Position numbers and translations under genes: made by a program
The notes under the pieces: model-generated
The model's input: only the letters and a program-made list of their open reading frames with translations
Database searches by the model: none
Told to the model about the DNA's origin: nothing
Part shown: one piece after another, positions 25,850-39,148 of the stretch
Layout: each line of letters begins with the position of its first letter
Numbering within the stretch: the stretch's first letter is position 1
From: Mustelus asterias
Lineage: Eukaryota
DNA length: 64,000 nt
Reading direction: 5' to 3'
Assembly: GCF_964213995.1 (NCBI RefSeq)
Contig: NC_135814.1
Coordinates: 75,206,001 to 75,270,000 of the forward strand

Positions 25850-26172
25850 GCCATGGTGGCACAGTGACGCAATGCTGCATCACAGCGCCAGGGACCCAGG
25901 CTTGATTCCGGTCTTGGGTGACTAACTGTGTGGAGTTTGCACATTCTCCCTGCAGTTGCATGAGTTTCATCCACGTGGTCCAGTTTTCTCCCACAGTCCA
26001 AAGGCTAGGCCATGCTAAAATTGCCTCATAGTACAGGTTAGGTAAATTAGCCATGGTAAATGTGTGGGGTTAAGGGGATGGGGCAGCGGGAAGGGGAGGG
26101 ATGCTCTTTCAGAGAATCGATGCAGACTTAATGGGCCAAATGGCCTCCTTCTGCACTGTAGCAATTCTACGG
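25850..26172 (+). mobile_element. HE1-type SINE (diverged)
   Basis: similar to the copy at 23211. Confidence 0.85.
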
Positions 26173-26179
26173 TAGACCT

Positions 26180-27500
26180 CTTCATTCTGTTCTCCCTCAT
26201 TTGCTTACATAGCTTCCTTTTAAACGCATCTATTTTATTTGCTTCAACTTCTACATTCAAAGTTCTACATTTATGCCACTTTCTGGGTTATGAAATTTCT
26301 TCTGAATTCCCTATTTGATTTTTTGATGACTATACTATATTGCTGACATCTAATTTTACTCTTCCCCACAAGTGGGAATACACTGTGTCTATTCTAGATA
26401 AGGCTGTCCTAATTTTGAAGACCTCAATCTTTTTTCAAGAGGAGAGATCTCGCCTGTTCATTCGTTCCAGTTCCTGTATCATGCTTTTTTTGCACCGTCT
26501 CCAGTACCTCTAGTCACCAGGACAGTTCTCCAAGTATAGTCTAACCAAGGTTCCACTTAACTTCTCCACATTTTCTATGAATCTAAGATTCTTTTAATTC
26601 TATTCCTCTAAAAACAAACCCTCATACTTGTTTAACTTTTATTATGGCCTTATTGACCTGCATCACAACTTAGTGATTTGTGCATTTGTACTCTTAGGAC
26701 TCTGATTCTGTAGTACATTACGGTTTCTATTTTCCAAATAAACCAAAATATAATACCTCACACTTATCTATGTTGAAATTCATTTGCAAACTAAACACCC
26801 ATTCTGTAATTTTTTCTTAATACATTGTCATTTGTTGCAGGACTCCTCAGTATTAAGTATTCATACTCAATTTGGTGTCATCCACAAATTTAGAAATTGT
26901 TTTTGATTTCAAAGTATAAATTGTGAAAAACAGTGATCCCGGTGCTGATTCTTGTGGGACCCCACTTAGCATCTTCTACCGCTCTGAATAGCTACCCTTT
27001 AGCCTTACTGTCTGCTTTCTGTCCTGCAGCCAGCTGCATGCTCTGACCTCATTCGTTGGTCTATCATGTGGTACCTTTACTAAAGGCCTTCCAGGAATCT
27101 AGATAAATTATATCTAACTCCCCTTGTTTACTCTGTTATCTCTACAAACAAATTCAATGAGGTTAGTCAAGCAACATTATCCCTTTTGTAATCTATGCTT
27201 TTGAAATCCATGCTGACTATTAATTATTTTATTTTTTGTTTCCCTCTTTTGAAAGGGATTCCATTATTTTTCCTACCATTGATGTTACACTCACTGGTCT
27301 ATAGCTCCATAGACATGTCTATCTCGCTTCTTAAACATAGGTAGAATATTTGTTATCTGCCAGTCCTCTGATACTACAACTTTTTCGAATGAATTATTAA
27401 GCGTGTGTAGTAGTGTTTCTGCTATTTGTTCATTAGATTCTTAAACAAATTGTGAATGCACCTGGTTGGACCTAGGGTTATTACCACTTTTGAATTTGAC
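26180..27500 (-). mobile_element. heavily decayed CR1/L2 ORF2
   Basis: remnant RT-type motifs (aggccttcc...aatctagata; tcatccacaaattt). Confidence 0.55.
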
Positions 27501-27951
27501 TAAATTAATATTTCTCCTCTTTTTACCTTCAATGTGGTTATATTATTTTAAATTTTGTTTTTTAGTGTAATGTATAGCTGACCCTACTGAAGCAAAAATA
27601 ATTTAATATCTCTCATTTTGTTATTAGCTGTGATTTTACCATATCCATCCCTTCATGGTTCACCTTACTATTTATGTGCCTGAATAATATTTTACATTTG
27701 TATTATGTTCCTTGATGATTTAATTTCATTGATCTTCATTGCCTTCCCAACTATTTGACTTTTGTCCTAATTTCTTTGTATCCTCTCCCTTGTCATGCTC
27801 CCCTACTGCCCTTGCATTCAAATTTTCCCCTTACATCTTTAATCATCTATGCTGTTTTGTTCATTAGTTTGGCATGTTTATTTTGTTGAATATATTTTCC
27901 TGGACTCTGCTGAAACTAAATTTTGTTTACTAAAACAACAATGTCTCTTAC

Positions 27952-28077
27952 CTGTCTATAGTTCCTTCTGTCCAAAGCCATTCGATGTTGCCAAAAGTGC
28001 TTGAAGAATGGAGGAAGGATTTCAGTTTTGATATAGTTGGCTTCCACACCATCTGTGCCACAACACTGTTTCACCAC
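27952..28077 (-). CDS. SF3B1: SF3B1 exon 17 (126 nt)
   Basis: [42 protein letters not shown]. Confidence 0.95.
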
Positions 28078-29637
28078 CTAAAAATAATACATATAAGTTA
28101 TTACCAGAAGGCACTACAGTTCTTGACAACTGGTTTAACTGTTAAGTTAATTCCATACATTAACATTAAACTCCATACTCAATGGGTTGAAATAAATAAT
28201 GAGGTTAGATCATGTATGATATAAACAGGTCTTGAACATGTAAACTAGTTACAGCAGTAACACTGATATTTGCAGCAGAAGGCAGTATATAAAAAAATAT
28301 ATTATTCCAAGGAAAGATAGTATTGGCAGTCAAGAATGCTGAACTTATGTTTTCGGAGCAGTACAACTGCACAAATTTAAATTACATCAAAAGGATATTT
28401 AATTCTTGCATCTATCTCTAACCAAAAAAAATCTCTAAGTTCAGATATTGAGTAATCTATTTCACCCAAATGTACAAGTACATTCCAGAACATCTCATGA
28501 AATATATCCATTAAAATAAAGCATTTGTAGAATCTATCCCACAGAAAGAGGCCATTCAGCCCGTTCTTCCTGGACCAGTTCTTTGAAAGAGGTATCCAAT
28601 CAGACCCAGCACCTCAGTCTTTTTCCATAGCACAAGAAATGTTTCTTCAAGTATATATCTAATTTCCTTTGATAGTTACGACTGAATCTGCTGCTTTCAG
28701 GTATTCCAGATCATACCAATTTGCAGCATAAAATATTTTTTCCTGTCACAGCCATCTAACATTCCATCTAACATTCTAGCTATAGTGCTTAAAACTTATG
28801 CTCCAGAAATAGCTGCACCTTCTGCCCAACTGTTCTATTAGAGCTTCCGTACTAGTGTCTGCCCGATAAAGTGGAAAATAGCCTAGATAGTCCTGTCCAC
28901 AAAAAGCAGGATAAATCCAATTCAGTCAATTAACACCCCACCAATCTATTCTCAATCATCAGCAATGTGATGAAAGGTGCTACTAACAGTGTTACTAGGT
29001 TACATTTACTCATAAATAACCTGCTCATTGATGCTCGGTTTGGGTTCTCAAAAATACTCAGGTCCAGACCTCATTTGATCAAAATATGGACAAACAAGAT
29101 GAATTCCAGGGATGGGAAGTTTCTGCCCTTGACATCAAGGCAGCAGCTGACCTGGTGTAGCTTTAAGGAGTCCTCATAAAATCAAATTTATTGGGGATGG
29201 GGCAATTCTCCATTGGCTGGAGTCACATCTAGCACAAAGGAGGAAGATTGTGATACTGCAGCATTTCAGTTCCATTCATCACTGCAGGAATTTCTCAGCG
29301 TATGTTCTAGGCCCATCAATTGCTTTCCCTCCATCAGAAGGTCAGAAGCGGGAATATTTCTTGCAGATTGCAGTGTTCAGTTCCATTCACAACTCAAAAA
29401 AGAAAACCTTACTGTTGAGCCTGTGTATGGTTTGCTTCATTTATGCAAAGACTTCATTTTAAGATATTTCTGCCTGGGCAATTACATTTAAAATCTAATT
29501 TTACAAAAATAACTAACTCTGCTCGAGTACATTTTAAAACTCAGAAGACATGCTGGGTTAGCTAGAAAATTGACTGCATTTTTGAAAAATACAATGCCAG
29601 CAAACCAGATTTTTTATAAGCCAAAGTTTTTCATAGT

Positions 29638-29804
29638 AGGAAGTCTCACAACACGACTTCACGAGCTTTTGGAGCGCTGCTCCTTCATCAGGTGAGCAGC
29701 GCTCCAAAAACTCGTGATTCCAAATAAACCTGTTGGACTTTAACCTGGTGTTGTGAGACTTTTTACTGTGCCCACCCCAGTCCAACGCCGGCATCTCCAC
29801 ATCA
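29638..29804. mobile_element. miniature palindromic Penelope-derived element
   Basis: head-to-head terminal-repeat fragments around GAGCGCTGCTCCTTCATCAGGTGAGCAGCGCTCC. Confidence 0.75.
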
Positions 29805-30109
29805 AAGTTTCTCATAAACATCCGCGAGGCTGGTGTCTCCAAGTTAGAGACAGTGCCAAACGATTTCGATAACAAGATAATGAATCACATATATTGTAGT
29901 TTCAGCTCTATGTTTTGAGTTGTGTGTGTGATCAATACAGGGCTGGCAGGAAAGCCAGTCTCTCTCCAGCTTTTTTCTCTTTCTGTTCACTTTTGTAATG
30001 ATTTAATTTGAAGTTCTGTTCAATAAAAGAAATTCAACGGACCAGTGCCATCTTTGTCTATTCAAAGGAACGTATGGCCCCTACACTTACACATCATGTT
30101 TCATAATTA

Positions 30110-30490
30110 TTGGATGTCTCAAACACTTTACAGTCAATTAAGTACTTCTGAAGTGTACTAAATCACTACTGAACTGTAGAAAATGCAGCAGCAAACTCCC
30201 AATGCGATAATCACCGATAATTTGTTACAATGTGATTGAGGGCTGAATATTGGTCAGGATCACCAGGATAACACCCTTGCTCTTCTTCAAACTAGTGTAA
30301 TGGGATCTTTTACATTTACCTGAGCAGGCAGATAGTGCCTTGGTTTAACATCTCACCTGACAGTGCAGCACAACCCATACTGCACTGAAGTGTTAGCCTG
30401 GGTTTTTTGTGCTCAAGCTCTGGAGTGACTCTTGAACCGAGAACTTTATTATTCAGAGCCTACAGTGTGACCAATGAGCCACATCTGACA
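30110..30490 (-). mobile_element. Deu-type (SacSINE1/AmnSINE-like) SINE
   Basis: gggatcttttacatttacctgag...ttggtttaacatctcacctgacagtgcagca; related copies at 11380-11990, 31700-32100 and 62550-62830. Confidence 0.6.
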
Positions 30491-31106
30491 GCTTAGTTAG
30501 GATAGCAATCATTACCTGCATGTGGCAAGGTCTGGAAAACATTCAGGCTTGGGTTGATAGTGGCAGGTAACATTTCACCACACAACTACTGGGCTATGAA
30601 TATTTCCAACTGTTGACATTCACTAGCATTATCATTGCCGAATATCCAACCATTAACTTCCTGGAGTTGTCACCATTGTCTAGATACTTACCTGCACCAG
30701 AAACATTGTGGTTACAAGAAGCTGGGCATTCTGCAGGAAATGACCCAACCTTCTGACTCCCCAAACCCTTTCCACAACCCACAAGGTACAAATTAGGAGT
30801 GTAGTGGAATGTGATTGCCTGGATGAGTGCAGCTCTACCACTCAAGCAGCTCAACACAATCCAGGATGAAGCAGTTGGTTTGACTGACAGCTCATCCATC
30901 ATTTTAAACATTCACGCCTTTCATTTCCATGCAGCATGGCTACATTGTGTACAATTTGCAAGATGCACTGCAGCAACTCGTCAAAGATGTCTCTGCCAGA
31001 ATTTCCCAAAACCCTGATCTCTACAACCTAGAAGGACAAGCATAGCGGGGGAGATGGTGTGTTGCAATGTCGCTGGACCAATAATCCAGACGCCCAGGCT
31101 AATGTT

Positions 31107-31325
31107 GAAGTTTTAAAGTTTATTTATTAGTGTCACAAGCAGGCTTACATTAACACTGCAATGAAGTTACTGTGAAAATCCCCTAGTTGCCACACTCCGG
31201 CACTTGCTCGGGTACACTGGGGAAAAATTTAGTTTGGCCAATGCACGAACCAGCACGTCTTTCAGACTGTGGGAGGAAACCAGAGCATCTGGAGGAAACA
31301 CACGCAGACACGGGGCGAATGTGCT
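31107..31325 (-). mobile_element. tRNA-derived SINE, alternative-tail type
   Basis: reverse complement of the body and tail of the 478-745 copy. Confidence 0.85.
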
Positions 31326-31699
31326 CTGGGGACATGGGTTCAAATCCCACCACAACAGCTGATGGAATTTCAATTCAATTAAAAAACCTGGAATATAAAG
31401 CTAGTTTAAGTAATGATAACCACAACTACCATCGATAAATATGCAAAAAAAAAATCTGGTTCACTAATTCCACACCCAATCTGGCCTACACATGATTCCA
31501 GACCCACAGCAACGTGGTTGACTCTTAACTATCCTCTGCAATGGTCTATCAAGCCACTCAGTTTAAGACAATTAGGGACAGGCAGCAAATGCTGGCCTTA
31601 CCAGCAACGCCAAAATCCCATGAAAGAATAAACAAAATGGGGGCATGGGAACATTACCACCTTCAAGCTGCACACCATTCTGACTTGGAAATATATTGC

Positions 31700-32105
31700 C
31701 TTATCTGGTAGCACTCTCGCCTCTGAGCCAGAAGGTTGCTGGTTCAAGTTCCCTCTCCAGGATTTGAGCACATAAACCAAGATTAACAGTCCAGTGCAAT
31801 CCTGAGTTAGTCGAAGGTGTTGTCTTTTGGATGAGATGTTAAAATGAGGCCACACCTGGCTTCTCAGGTAGACATAAAAGATCCCACTACACTTTTTCGA
31901 GTAACTGTGGGGGAGTTAACCATGGTTTTCTGGACAATATTTATACTTAAATCTACATCATATAAACTGATTACCCAGCCGTTTATGGGAACTTAAGTTG
32001 CCACATTTTAACTGACTACATTTTAGAAATACTTGACTGGCTATCATGCACCCATGGGACATCCTGTGGTCATGAAAGGCACCATATACATGCAGGTCTT
32101 TCTTT
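31700..32105 (+). mobile_element. Deu-type SINE
   Basis: gcactctcgcctctgagccagaaggttg..ggttcaagt head; gtcttttggatgagatgttaaa core. Confidence 0.6.
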
Positions 32106-32456
32106 TTTTCATTGTCACTGGATCAAAATTACGGAACACCACAACTGACAGCAATGCCTTCACCACATGGAGCGTAGTGGGTTAAAAAAGGCAGCACACA
32201 ACCACCTTCTCAAAAGCAATTAGGCTTGTGTAATAAATGTTGACCTTGCCCCAGGCACCCATATCCCAAAAAAATTATATTATATGGGACACTAAATTTC
32301 AAAAAATAAAATCCAGGAGCTGAAAATTAAGAAACTACATTACAGAAGCAAAGCCTAGCATTGCATATCTTTACTTTTTCAGTATCTACATCATGTTTAA
32401 AGTTATAATTGAGTACATCCTATAAAATATCCTCAATCATATAATTACAAACTTGC

Positions 32457-32603
32457 CTTGAGCACAATCTTTTTCATTTCTTCATCAGGAGATTGAAACT
32501 CTCGGATAAGGATCAACATCACTTCACGAGTGTAGTAATTAGCATATTCAGCATCCATGAGAGGAATAAGATATCCAATAGCCTTCAAGAAGGCGGCCAG
32601 ACC
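32457..32603 (-). CDS. SF3B1: SF3B1 exon 16 (147 nt), GC donor
   Basis: [28 protein letters not shown]...KKIVLK|gcaagt. Confidence 0.93.
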
Positions 32604-33121
32604 CTAAAACAGATTGTATTTATATTAAGTGTTTCAAAAACGATGTAGAAGCATTGATATAAATCTCTTCTGATCACAAACTGGTGAAATTTTCATTTTT
32701 ACTTCATCAAGTTATCTACAGTGGCTTTGCTATTGGGGAAAGCACATTGCCACGGCCAAATGGTTCTCTACGTGGAGGGAGGAGTGTCTGAAAAAGTTAA
32801 CAAATCCCACTGGCTACATCAATCATGAAATTTCTGGGATGTACTCCTTTGTTGAATGAAGTGGGGAAGATCTCAAAAATCTTTAACCTCGATGCTTATA
32901 TTTTGCATTCACACATTAGTATAGTCAATGTTTGTTTAAAAATCACACGCATGTACTAAAAATATAAATCTTATAAATCAAAAAGGTCGATTTCCTTAAG
33001 TTCTTTGGGGGCAGATATCTTTCACCTATACACACTGTTATTTCATTGAATACTGGTGATCATACAGCAACATTTTTCATTGTCAAGAATTATAATAGTA
33101 TGCTCATGATGATAATCTTAC

Positions 33122-33267
33122 TTTGCCTCTGTGTTGACGAATACCCTTCCACAATGGTTTTAGAACAGAGTCAAATGATTCAATACCATATGGGGTTGCA
33201 GCTTCAGCCAAGGCTGCAATAGCCAGAGCACTAATGGTTCGAACTTTCTGCTGTTCATCAACCAGAC
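33122..33267 (-). CDS. SF3B1: SF3B1 exon 15 (146 nt)
   Basis: [49 protein letters not shown]. Confidence 0.95.
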
Positions 33268-33486
33268 CTATGAAGAAGGGAGGAATTCACAAGATCAACT
33301 TACACAATCATTTAACTTATGATGTACTCAACTAAAGTCTGCAGTTAAAAGTATAAAAACACAGAATGCAGTGTAGGTTGTTTTATCTAGAAATTGATAA
33401 ATTTCAAATTAAATTGGACACTTAAAAGTCATATTATTAAATGGCTTCTCAAAAGTTTAGTGCCAGTCTACTTCTTCAATACATAC

Positions 33487-33757
33487 CATGTTCAATAATT
33501 TCAACCAAGCTCCTCAGGTGAGGCAAGATGGCACAACCCATAAGGATGGCAATCTGCTGTACAATTTTGATTCCTGTATGCCGAGCCTGCCATGATTTCT
33601 TGCTCTTACACACTGCTTTAAGGAAAGGCAACAATGATGGGATACCCAGAGCAGAGGCGACAACAGCAAAGGCTCTAGCTGTTGTGTTACGCACGTACTC
33701 ATCCATGTTATCAATATCAGGGCGCATAGTGGAAATCATTGTGGCAAGACCTGCAGC
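33487..33757 (-). CDS. SF3B1: SF3B1 exon 14 (271 nt)
   Basis: [30 protein letters not shown]...[14 protein letters not shown]...EIIEH. Confidence 0.95.
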
Positions 33758-33858
33758 CTAAAAACATACAGAACAGAACCAGAAACATGTCAGACCAATG
33801 GACAAGCAGAGAATTTGGTACTGGATTCAACAGAAATTTTCAGCAATTCCATACATAC

Positions 33859-33945
33859 CTTTGCTAAATTAGAGATGATTTCTCGGCCTTCCACTCTGGC
33901 ATAATAGTCCTCATCAATCAACAATGGCTCAATAACCACAAGAAT
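33859..33945 (-). CDS. SF3B1: SF3B1 exon 13 (87 nt)
   Basis: [29 protein letters not shown]. Confidence 0.95.
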
Positions 33946-35239
33946 CTGTAAAAAATGTGTCAACATATCTTTATTAATAACTAAGGCAATTATATTAAAG
34001 GAATGCATACTCTTCACTCGAACTTAATAGCCAGATTAGAAAGAATCGAATGGAAACAGCCCAATCTGATTCAGTTTTCGATTTTCTCATCTTGAGGGAA
34101 ACCATCTAATCTTTGCTCATCACCTTCCAACAGCAGCACAGTTAATATAAGGACTTCATGATCTCATGACTAATAATTTGATGAGGCAGCACATAAAAGG
34201 ATCCTTTATTTACTTCTGACTGTTATTGTTGCTCTTCCCTTGCAGGACCACAAAAAATGTAATGATGAAGAGTTCAGAAAATAAAATGTTACACACCAGG
34301 TGTACCAAGCTCATAAACAGCTCTTATACTTTTCTCACTTCCTAACAACAATAATGTCCTGGAATCCAACAGTTCTTTTTAAAAGCAATAAATGTCACTC
34401 ACCCAATCTTTAACACCAATTTTCTTGCCTTGTCCAATGGCAGCATTGATTCACACTAACATGAAGACACAAAAGCACCATCTGGCCTTTGGTATCTCAC
34501 TCACTTAACCAATCTTTTTGTGTGTTAGAATGTTGTTCCATAAGCAATAAGACAAGCTGCATCCTGTCTTCATCCAACAGCCACACAAATACATTCTCCA
34601 GCAATCATTTCAGAACATCTGTGACTACTTTTCCCATGTTCCTATCTCATGGATATTCAAGTCAACTGTTCCCTTCCAACTTTCTTTCTGCCCGATATCT
34701 GGAACTTCAGCTCAAAGTAAGAATCAAAATTGTGATCTTTCTGGTTGAGGTGACACAGTTTAATATTTGGGAAATATATTTGGTAAATGAGCCACCACAA
34801 GGGTTGAAAGACAAAAAGAAATTATTTGAAATCTGCCAGAATTATCTTTAAGCATTTTTGAATGCAGAGCAAAATCAATGCAAACAACAGGGGGATTTAT
34901 ATAATACAAGGTCTAATTATATAACAACCAATTTGATTTCCTGCATTGTGCAAAGGTGGTAAAATGGAATAATTCAATTTTGAGATGCAAGTCAATCTAC
35001 TCTTATTACGTTCCCCAACAACAATTGGGAAGGGAGGAAGAATAAAGCACGAGAGAGACCAACCATTAACAAGCTGTAACACAACCAAAGTTATAAGAAC
35101 AAGATAGATGCTTGGTACTCTGTACCATTTGGCTCACCTCCTGAGCCCTTAGAGCTTCTTCATGATTTAGAAAACAATAGTCAGGAGTAGGATGGAATAC
35201 CTATCACTTACCAAGTGCAGCTGCTATAAACAGGAAACT

Positions 35240-36142
35240 CTGCCAGGTTCCACAATGTTCAGTACTAGGACCTTTGCTTTTTGTAATGTATATTAAACAT
35301 TTGGATTTGAATGCAAGGGGTATGATTAAAAAGTTTGCAGACAGCTCAAAAATCGGCCGTGTGGCTGATAACGAAGAAAAAAGTTGTGGACTGCAGGGAG
35401 ATAGCAATGGAACTACTCAGGTGGCACGGGACAGTGGCAAATGGGACTTCAATCCAGAGAAGTGAGGTAATGCATTTGGTGAAGGCTAACAAGGCAAGGA
35501 AATATATAATAAATGGTAGGATACTGAGATACTGTCCAGATTTTTGAAGGTGACTGGATAAGGTGGTCAAGGCAGCACTTATTGTCCAAGACAACAAAAC
35601 CTGGGAGGTTTTGCATGAACTGAATAAAACACTGGTGTCCTACATTTAGTTCTGGTCACCACACTTTAGCCAAGACGTGATTGAACTAGAAAGTGCGCAG
35701 AAGATTTACGAGGATATGCCTGGATTGGAGAACTGTATTCAGGGGACTAGGGTTGCATTCCTTGGATCAGAGAAGGCCAAATGGAGATCTAATTCAAGTG
35801 CATCAAATTATGAGCGGTCTAGATAGAATGGATAGGAAGGCTCTATTCCTCTTGGTTGAGGGGTCCGTAACCACTTGAGAGTTAGGGTAGCACGTTAGAG
35901 GGAATTTGAAGGGAAATGTTTCCACCCAGAGGGTTGTGGAACTGACTGCCTGAAAGGGTGGAGGAGGCAGAAATCCTCATAACATTTGGAAAATACTTGA
36001 GTATGCTCCTGAAGTGTTGCCACCTCTAAGGCTACAGACCAAGGGCTGAAAAATGGGATTAGTCTGGATGACTACTTGTTGGCTGGCACAAACATAATGG
36101 CCTAAATGGCTTCCATCTCTGCTACAAATTTCTATGATTTCA
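35240..36142 (+). mobile_element. 5'-truncated, diverged CR1 LINE
   Basis: KFADSSKIG (FADD-like) motif and CR1 tail. Confidence 0.85.
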
Positions 36143-36590
36143 TGACACCTAAGAAACGGCTCAGCCAGTTCCTTCTTACACTAGGTTCAGCGTTGGTGTG
36201 AATGTGAGTTAATGATGTGCTAGCCACAGGGTACACTGCAGCAACTCACCAAACTTACAATGCACCTGCCACAGTCTTGCAGCCTCAATCACTGAAAAGG
36301 ACAACAGCAGTAATGTCATTGGAACACAACCAATTTACTCATGAACCCAACTAAGCTACATATTACTGTTTCTTCAGTAGGGGTCAAATTCCAGATTTTC
36401 TTCCCTAAAACCATTGAGGAAGCATCGCCATAGGACTGCAGTGGTTCATGGCGGTGATTTACTTGATCTTCTAGGGCAGTTAGGAATGGGCAATAAACGT
36501 GTCTTGCCAGTGCTGTCTTTTTTTTACAATTTACTTTCTCATTTTTGAACTGTACACATTAAAAATCAAACTTAGCCGACATGAACATAC

Positions 36591-36770
36591 CTTATGCACA
36601 TAAGGTCGAACTAAATCGTCTAACTTGTACAAGATTCGGTCAATAACTTTAACCAGCAAGTGACGTTCCTGGTCTTCAAGTGTTGGGGACATCAGCAGTG
36701 GAAGAATTTGATTGAACAGTGGACCAGCTCCGAATTCTCTGGCTTTATCAGTTATTTGACGCAAAGCAGC
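36591..36770 (-). CDS. SF3B1: SF3B1 exon 12 (180 nt)
   Basis: ccaag|GCT; [23 protein letters not shown]...RPYVHK|gtatgt. Confidence 0.95.
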
Positions 36771-36851
36771 CTTGGAAGAAAAAAAGGGGAAAAATCATAT
36801 TTGCACTAGTACAATACAGCGAGTAACGACACACAATAAAACTATGCTTAC

Positions 36852-36953
36852 CTTCCTCATTGGTGGAGTACCATTCTTTATTTTCAGAAGCAACTTCATT
36901 ATCTTTCTTTCCTTCTGCTCTTCTGGGCTTAATGTCGATTCATCTACTTCAAC
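36852..36953 (-). CDS. SF3B1: SF3B1 exon 11 (102 nt)
   Basis: ctcaag|GTT; [34 protein letters not shown]|gtaagc. Confidence 0.95.
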
Positions 36954-37444
36954 CTTGAGTAAAGATGACAAATATTTCTGTCAAGTACTGCAATTTTCAA
37001 ATCTGAGTTCTCAAAACTCCCTTCAACCTACAACAGCTTGCATAGAATCCTTACTTCAACATTCTTTTCAAAATAACTGCACATATAGCACTCCTAGATT
37101 GAAAGGTAAATGTATCCATATCAGCCTTGAGAAATATTACAAATAACCAGAATTTCATAGTACATTTTCTTTTGCATATTTTCATTTGGTCAAACTCGGT
37201 CTCATTAGAGATTGAGTTATGAGCAAAGACCTGAGAAATTGAGCTTTTCAGCTTTGACAACAGGTGAGTAACAGGCACAGCACTCCCTCTCTACTGTATC
37301 AGCCTAGATTTTGTAACCTGGGGTGAGGTTTGAGCCACAACCATCTGGATTAGAGACAAAACATAAGCATACAAATAGGTCATAGGGGGGTGGCAGGGAG
37401 AGAACAAATACATCCAATCTACTATTATAACAATCTTCTTCACC

Positions 37445-37670
37445 TTAATATTATCCGTCTCTCCCCATGACCCTAAACAATACCTCTATCACCCTGAAAT
37501 GCTTGGCAGTTAATAGTCACCTGTGCATTCTCCATAGCAACACCTCTACCAATGAGCATCTACTGCCAACCAATCAGCACTTTTTTCTCATACAGTATAA
37601 ATTGTTTTCCCCTTTATCAGCATTTTTACAATATGTTCTGATGAGTGCAAGATGAAAAGCTACATGTCCT
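37445..37670 (+). mobile_element. second Penelope-like terminal repeat with hammerhead-like core
   Basis: atgttCTGATGAgtgcaagatGAAAagctacat at about 37633-37665. Confidence 0.45.
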
Positions 37671-38451
37671 TCCCACTAAAAGCTTCCCACAGTCCAAAGA
37701 TGCGCATGCTAATTGGAATGGCCATGCTAAATTGCCCCTTAGTGTCCAATGATGAGTAGATTAGGTGTAAACAATGCTTTACACGACTATCAGCTCCATT
37801 CTTACCAAGCTCCAGTGGATAAGATCTTAGTCTTCAAATTTCTCTATAGTCTTACCAACCTACATCTATAACAATTGCTTCCAACTGTATCTTCCTACAT
37901 ACCTCTTTCACTATAACTCCAGCTTACTTTGCATTTTTCCTCCACTATTTCCTATCTGCTAGCATTCCTTTCAAAATCTTTCCACTTCATTCTCAGCTTC
38001 CAAGTCTTGGTGACCAACATTTAACAAAGCACTTGTGGAAGAAGTTGTCCTTTATATGAAAAATGCTGCAAATATGTACAAAATTGTCATGCTGATACAC
38101 TTTTCTTATCTCATGATGATGTAACCCATATTGCATCACTTGCATATTTACAGTGCTCTGGAATTTAACAGCAAAATCCTCCTGCCAACACAAAAGCATT
38201 TTAACTGTTCCAAGTTTCACACTTGTTATTTCCAAGCGTAAACTAGTCCAGTTTGTGAATTTTGATGTATAAACAATATTCATCGTGGACAAGGGAATAG
38301 GAGGTCATTCAACTTCTAAGAAAGATACTGTATGGTATCAATGTAATTTAAAAGCTGTAAATCCTTATCAGATAAAATCTACAATTCACATGTATATTCT
38401 CCTTTTTACTGGGAGAAATCAGGCAACTGCAAAATTTTCAACCACAATTAC

Positions 38452-38649
38452 CAGCAATTTGTCAAAGTACTGAATGTCATCAGGTTTCAGGAATGGAAGG
38501 TTCCCAGAGGGCTGGTCATTCATGTTCTTTGCAGAGCGTTCTTCAGACTGCATGTGGAATCCAGTTAAGCCTCCAAGTGGTGTCGGGGTTGCAGTCAGTT
38601 TACGAGCAGGTGTTCGGATTGGGACATAACCAGCTGGAGGTGGAAGAAC
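38452..38649 (-). CDS. SF3B1: SF3B1 exon 10 (198 nt)
   Basis: [24 protein letters not shown]...[10 protein letters not shown]. Confidence 0.95.
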
Positions 38650-38805
38650 CTGTGAGGATTCAAAAGAAAGCTATTTTTATTCATTGAATAAATGATGGTA
38701 TTCATTTAAATATAACAAAATAAGATTAACAATTTTTCCTCTACACATGTTTTATGGGCAATTCTTTTCTCATTCAATAGGTCAGTGAAGTAACAACAGT
38801 AAAAA

Positions 38806-39148
38806 GGGCGGCACAGTAGCACAGTGGTTAGCACTGCTGCTTCACAGCTCCAGGAACCTGGGTTCGATTCCCGGCTTGGGTCACTGTCTGTGTGGAGTTT
38901 GCACATTCTCCTCGTGTCTGCATGGGTTTCCTCCGTGTGCTCCGGTTTCCTCCCACAGTCCAAAGATGTGCGGGTTAGGTTGATTGGCCATGCTAAAAAT
39001 TGCCCTTAGTGTCCTGAGATGCGTAGGTTAGAGGGATTAGTGGGTAAAATATGTAGGGATATGGGGGTAGGGCCTGGGTGGGATTGTGGTCGGTGCAGAC
39101 TCGATGGGCCGAATGGCCTCTTTCTGTACTGTAGGGTTTCTATGATTT
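38806..39148 (+). mobile_element. young full-length HE1-type SINE
   Basis: intact A/B boxes and tail; close reverse complement of 62105-62445. Confidence 0.93.

Noticed and set aside
33122-33757. Cancer-hotspot positions (R625, H662, K666, K700 equivalents)
   Set aside because: All are wild-type residues; nothing unusual
34175-34222. TGATGA...CTGA box C/D-like pair
   Set aside because: Antisense to the host gene, too short and without a terminal stem; no supported snoRNA
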